Shown here: positions 59,169 through 64,000 of the stretch, in pieces
Layout: the number at the start of each line of letters is the position of its first letter
Numbering within the stretch: position 1 is the first letter of the stretch
Translations under genes and position numbers: made by a program
DNA from: Macrostomum lignano
Lineage: Eukaryota
Length of the DNA: 64,000 nucleotides
Reading direction: 5' to 3'
Assembly: GCA_002269645.1 (NCBI GenBank)
Contig: NIVC01001867.1
Location: 1-64,000, forward strand
The notes under the pieces: generated by a model
Told to the model about the DNA's origin: nothing
The model's input: the letters and a program-made list of their open reading frames with translations, nothing else
Databases searched by the model: none

Positions 59169-61321
59169 ATGGCCTCCGCTGTTGCCCAGCCCGCTGCTCC
59201 GCCTGCAGCAGCCTCCGATGACGACGTCCTTCACCTGCTGTTTAACCAGGCCGACGGCATTCTGGCCTGCGACCAGCCCCCGGCAGCGGGCGTCCCTCAG
59301 ATCGACCTTCTCGGCGACTCCGCCTTCGACCCGCTGCCCGACCTCAGCCTGCAGTCGCAGCCGTCGCCGCCCGACAGTCAGGGCAGCGGCGGCGGCGGCA
59401 GCAGCAGCGGCTTCGCCAGCTTCACCGGCGGTGGCTCCTCGGCTGGCGGCAGCGGCGAGAACCTGCTGAACTTCGACCTGGACTCCTTCCTGTCCGGTGC
59501 GGAGGCCCTGGACCACGCCAGCTACGAACTCGGCCCGCTGCCCGACCCCACCGGCCACTCGCCGGGCGGCCCCCTGCGCGGCGGCAGCGGCGCCGGCGGT
59601 GGCGGTGGCGTCGCTGCTGGTGGCGGCGTCAGCGGCGGCAAGCGGCGTAAGCGGCAGCTCGCCCAGCTGCCCTACTCCATCGGCGACCTTGAGGACGACG
59701 ACCTCGCGCTGTACAGCGGCGGCGGTGGCGGCGGCATCTGGGATGATGCCGAGGATGACGACGGTCTGGAAAGCGGCGGAGGCATCGGCGCCAAGCCAGA
59801 GGGCCAGCCTGGCGAGCCGCTGCTGCTGACGGCTGAGGAGCAGCGCGTGGCCCGACAGCTCGGCGCCGTCCTGCCGAGCCACTTCCCGCTGACCCGGGAG
59901 GAGCTGCAGATCCTGCGAACCGTCAGGCGGAAAATTCGCAATAAAATTTCGGCTAAGAATAGCCGGGCCAAGAAGCAGGTGTGACACCCTGACCCACTGT
60001 GTGACAACCTGACCCTTTTTGTCACACCCTGACCCACTGTGTGACACCCTGACCCACTGTGTGACACCCTGACCCACTGTGTGACACCCTGACCCACTGT
60101 GTGACACCCTGACCCTTTTTGTCACACCCTGACCCACTGTGTGACAACCTGACCCACTGTGTGACACCCTGACCCACTGTGTGACACCCTGACCCACTGT
60201 GTGACACCCTGACCCTTTTTGTCACACCCTGACCCACTGTGTGACAACCTGACCCACTGTGTGACACCCTGACCCACTGTGTGACACCCTGACCCTTTTT
60301 GTCACACCCTGACCCTTTGTGTGACAACCTGACCCACTGTGTGACAACCTGACTTACTGTGTGACACCCTGACCCACTGTGTGACACCCTGACCCACTGT
60401 GTGACACCCTGACCCTTTGTGTGACAACCTGACCCACTGTGTGACAACCTGACCCACTGTGTGACACCCTGACCCACTGTGTGACAACCTGACCCACTGT
60501 GTGACACCCTGACCCACTGTGTGACACCCTGACTCACTGTGTGATACCCTGACCCACTGTGTGACACCCTGACCCACTGTGTGACACCCTGACCCAGCGC
60601 ATGCTACATGTACAGTCCCAACCTGTCAAGCATCCATCACCCCACCCAGGAGTACGTACGCGGCCTGGAGCTCCGCGTCAAAGGCTCGGCCGCCGAGAAC
60701 GCCGCCCTGCGCGACCGCTGCACCGGCCTGGAGCAGCAGAACCGCCGGCTGCTTGGCGCAGTTCGCCGGCTGCAGGCCTTCCTGCGCAGCTCCGGCCTCA
60801 GCCTGACCTCCACGGCTGGCAAGGCCACCGGCACCGGCCTCTTCATTCTCTGCCTGTCATTCGCGCTGTTCCTCACGCCGCAGCTCGGCCCGCTGCTGGT
60901 CGCCGGCCCCGGCGCCCCTGGCGTTGCCGACCCGTCTACTGCCGTCGCTGGCCCGCGACCCGCCACCGGCCGCCGGATTCTCGCCGCCTCACCGGAAAAT
61001 GCAGCAGCTGCGGCGGCGGACGTGGCCGCGGTTGTCGCCGAGAAGTCGGCAGCAGTTGACTCGCCCGGCGCCGGAGTGGCAGGGGCGGGGGGTGCTGACA
61101 GCATCGCCGCCGCCGCGGTGAACCAGTCTGACGTCTCCGCCTCCGCCGACTCCATCCCCGACGTGGACGGAAGCGTCGCCTCGTCCACCTCGCCGCCCGC
61201 CTCGCCGATGTCCTCCTCGTCGCCGCAGCAGTCGCCCTACTATTATTACTACGGTGGCGGCGGCGGAGGCGAAGATGACGCTCCGCCAAGGGAGCAGGAC
61301 CTGGCCGACCGCGACCTCTGA
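59169..61321 (+). CDS. CREB3/OASIS-family ER membrane-bound bZIP transcription factor, ~493 aa
   Basis: Exons 59169-59978 and 60650-61321 (phase 0). Acidic N-terminus; PLTREELQILRTVRRKIRNKISAKNSRAKKQ|EYVRGLELRV basic region and zipper; TM segment TGLFILCLSFALFLTP; luminal RRIL (RxxL, S1P-type site). Confidence 0.9.
59979..60596. repeat. 20-bp minisatellite filling the CREB3-like intron (GTGTGACACCCTGACCCACT), ~31 copies
   Basis: The first unit begins exactly at the GT of the 5' splice site. Confidence 0.95.
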
Positions 61322-63066
61322 GAATGCGCTGACCTTTAGTGAGCAGAGCTTTCCTCGCGACCCAGCTCGCGCAAACTGTTGTTACACTTTTGTCCCACTT
61401 GATCTGGAAGGTTGATATTGACCTCAATTGACCCCGAGGTCAATCTTGACCTTAATTGACCTTGAGGTTTTTATTAATTTATTATTAGAGGCAGGGGGGC
61501 TGGGTGCACCCTGGCGCACTTTAAGCGACATTGTCACACAACCAGCGAGAGGCATTGCTGCCCATTCCGCCGACTCCCCTGAGCAGGCGCACAAGCGCGC
61601 GGATACGTACGCAGTCATACGCACAGGCACACACTCACACAGGAGTGTACAGCAGCCCAAACTTTATTTCACGTTAGGCATGTACACTTCACTGTGCCTT
61701 GTGGGAGTGGCTCTCAAAGGCGTTAATTTCACGAGCAGAGCCAAGCCGAGATTCCAATTCAGCCCCAAATTAATGCGACTGCACTCGGAATCGAGCCCGG
61801 GCCGCTGGACTGCCCCCCCCGATATCTCGCGGTTTGGCTCGAATTCAGCTAACCCGGAAGCTCTTCTCGAAAATTATTAGAAGTTCATCATGTCCTTAAA
61901 TAGTTTATCTTGACCTTAAATGTTCTGGATGTTTTTCTTGACATTTATTGACCCCTAGGGGTTAAAATTGCTCTTTATTTAACTCAATTGAGTCGATTTC
62001 TATTTATATCGAATGCCATCGTCATGTGAAACGTAAGCTTATTTACTGACATGCTTACCACTTAAACCATTGACTGAAATCACCGTCTTGTTTCTCATTG
62101 ATAAACTGTTTAAATATATGCTTAGAGTTTGTGTTGTAGCATTATTCTATTTTGCCTCCGAGACTATGCAGGATTTTAAACGCATTGAATTACTGATGCG
62201 AATACATATTTATCCCCTCCAATGTTCCATCATATTCTGCTGCCACAATCCCAGTGAAGCATCACATTTTTGTGTACAGAATTGCAACTAATTTGAATCG
62301 GTTTCTTTTTCAAGAGTTTCTCTGAATTTTTGCTTGCACTGGCGAATAATGCCTTTAGCACTCTGTACATACTACTTACAGTCACCATCGGTTTCATCCG
62401 TGTTAAATTTGTCTTGATTATTACGTAATCAGCTATTTTATATTCAAGCCTTACTTCAGTCCGACTTTTAATGATCAAATTGTTTCATAGCGTCCTTGTC
62501 GATCTGTCTTTGCGTCTGTTTTTGTCTGTTTTTGCCTGTTTTTGCTTTCAGTAACCAAAGAAAGTTGCTTTCTCCCGATCAGAGCCGATCGCTGACCGAC
62601 AGACAGACGGGCGCGCATTGATTTTTTGTCAGTTCGGGCGCTTGGTTTTGTCATTTGATGTTGAATATGCTACTGTTAGTAACACAACTAGGGTAGCCCT
62701 GTCATGGGGACAGGGTGCCTCCGTTTATAAGTCTCTAGACTAGGTGGCCTCCCATTTCATGTCATACTCCTGGTTAGCAAATTTTTTATATTAAAAATCG
62801 CCTAATCTACTAAAAGAAGCCAGCGAGTTTTTTAAGAATTGACCAGAAAATAAGCATTAGCTGCAACAAGCTACTGTCAGTAGTTGCAACAATTTATTTA
62901 GCCACAATTGCTGCACCCGCAGCGTCGCCGGCCCAGCCAACCGGGGCCCGGCGCCCGCCGCCGTTGCCAGCCTCGCGTCTGTGCCCAGTGACGAGAAAAA
63001 AAAGAATCTTTTCACTCCTGCAGTCTCTGCCCAGAGCTCAGCCCGGCTGCAGCCAGCAGCAGCGAG

Positions 63067-63935
63067 ATGAGCCGCGGCGTCAAGGACCTCCGCGAGCTCA
63101 TCTGCGTGTCCCGCCTGGCCGGCCGCGGCCTGTCGGACAACTCGGCCGACTCCGGCGACTCGGACGACAACGAGGCCTACGCCGCGTCCATCCTGCGTCC
63201 GGACACCGTCCTCAGCGCCCGCCACCCGCCGCTGCCGCTGCCGCCTTCGCCGCCGCCGCCACCGCCAGCACCGCCGCAGGCAGTGGCGAGCAGCGCGAAA
63301 GCCAGAGCGGCCAAAAAGCTGCCGCCGGTGCAGCCGGACAGCCTGGCCGGCCTTCTGGCCCGCGCTGACGCCGACTTCATCGCCCGCCTGCTCGGCCGCG
63401 CCAACGACCAGCTGGCCGACCTCAGCCGCTGGTGCCTCAGCGACGACCACTTCGTTGACTTGGCGCACTTCTGGCTGACAGCCTTCCCGGAGGAGGCCAA
63501 GCAGGACCTGTTCCGCCTGGAGCACGGCTGCCTGCTCGACCAGCTCGCCTTCGCTTTCAAGTCCGGCACCGCGGCCGCTGCCCCCGTGCCGCAGTCCGAG
63601 CTGCGCCGCCTCCTGCTGGCCGTCTTCCGCGAATTCCCCGACCGCCTGCTGTCGGCCCGCGGCGCGCACACCTTCCTGGACTACCTGGACACCCTCACGG
63701 CCGGCCGGTCGCACGCCGACTGCCGCCGACTGCTCACGGATGTCCGCCTGGCCACGGACGTCCGGCAGCACGCGGAGTGGCTGCTGGCGCTGCGCAGCTT
63801 CGCCATCTGCTCGGTGTGGACGGCCGTCGCCAACTTCTATCGGGCGCTGGTGGACCGCGGCGACTTCCGGCCGCCAGCCACCGAGGTGCCGGGGTTCGGA
63901 GACCGGCTGGAGGGCCGAGTGGTTCGCTGTGTGCA
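63067..63935 (+). CDS. First coding exon of an unidentified protein; gene continues beyond the window
   Basis: 290-codon GC-rich ORF preceded by an acceptor (CTCCTGCAG) and ending at a CA|GTGAGT donor. A helical segment HFVDLAHFWL..F...KQDLFRLEH...LDQL..AF looks conserved, but I do not recognise the family. Confidence 0.75.
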
Positions 63936-64000
63936 GTGAGTGGCGCCAGCCGTTGCTCAGCAAAAATCTTTTCATGCGCGCAACAGTCTACTGTTTGATT

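Overview
Eukaryotic (metazoan) genomic DNA, not prokaryotic. It has GC-rich, CpG-rich GT-AG spliced exons separated by AT-rich spacers, and most longer introns are filled by their own minisatellite. That style suggests a Macrostomum-like flatworm (inference, not confirmed). Genes I can support: three tandem intronless SLC22/MFS transporters (the middle one frameshifted), a membrane-anchored FKBP11-like PPIase, a class A neuropeptide GPCR, IFT46 (minus), a full-length ZAK-alpha-like MAP3K (kinase-LZ-SAM plus a ZAK-type C-terminal domain), a PAN plus fibrinogen-domain gene with a nonsense codon and a frameshift, CUTC (minus), a CREB3/OASIS-type membrane bZIP, and an unidentified gene running off the right end. 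Mobile DNA: a complete young non-autonomous LTR element (TRIM-like, with TG..CA ends, 4-bp TSD, tRNA-Glu-like PBS and PPT), a CORE-type tRNA SINE, an RTE-like LINE scrap and tiny TIR-only elements. The most interesting signal is in IFT46: two duplicated, phase-incompatible N-terminal NQP(F/Y)DE exons that look mutually exclusive, plus a 12-nt microexon. Next are the almost CpG-free AT-rich blocks directly upstream of the first large coding exon of four genes, the TRIM, and a 39-bp element with an 8-bp TSD. All exon models were read by eye and need RNA-seq confirmation.
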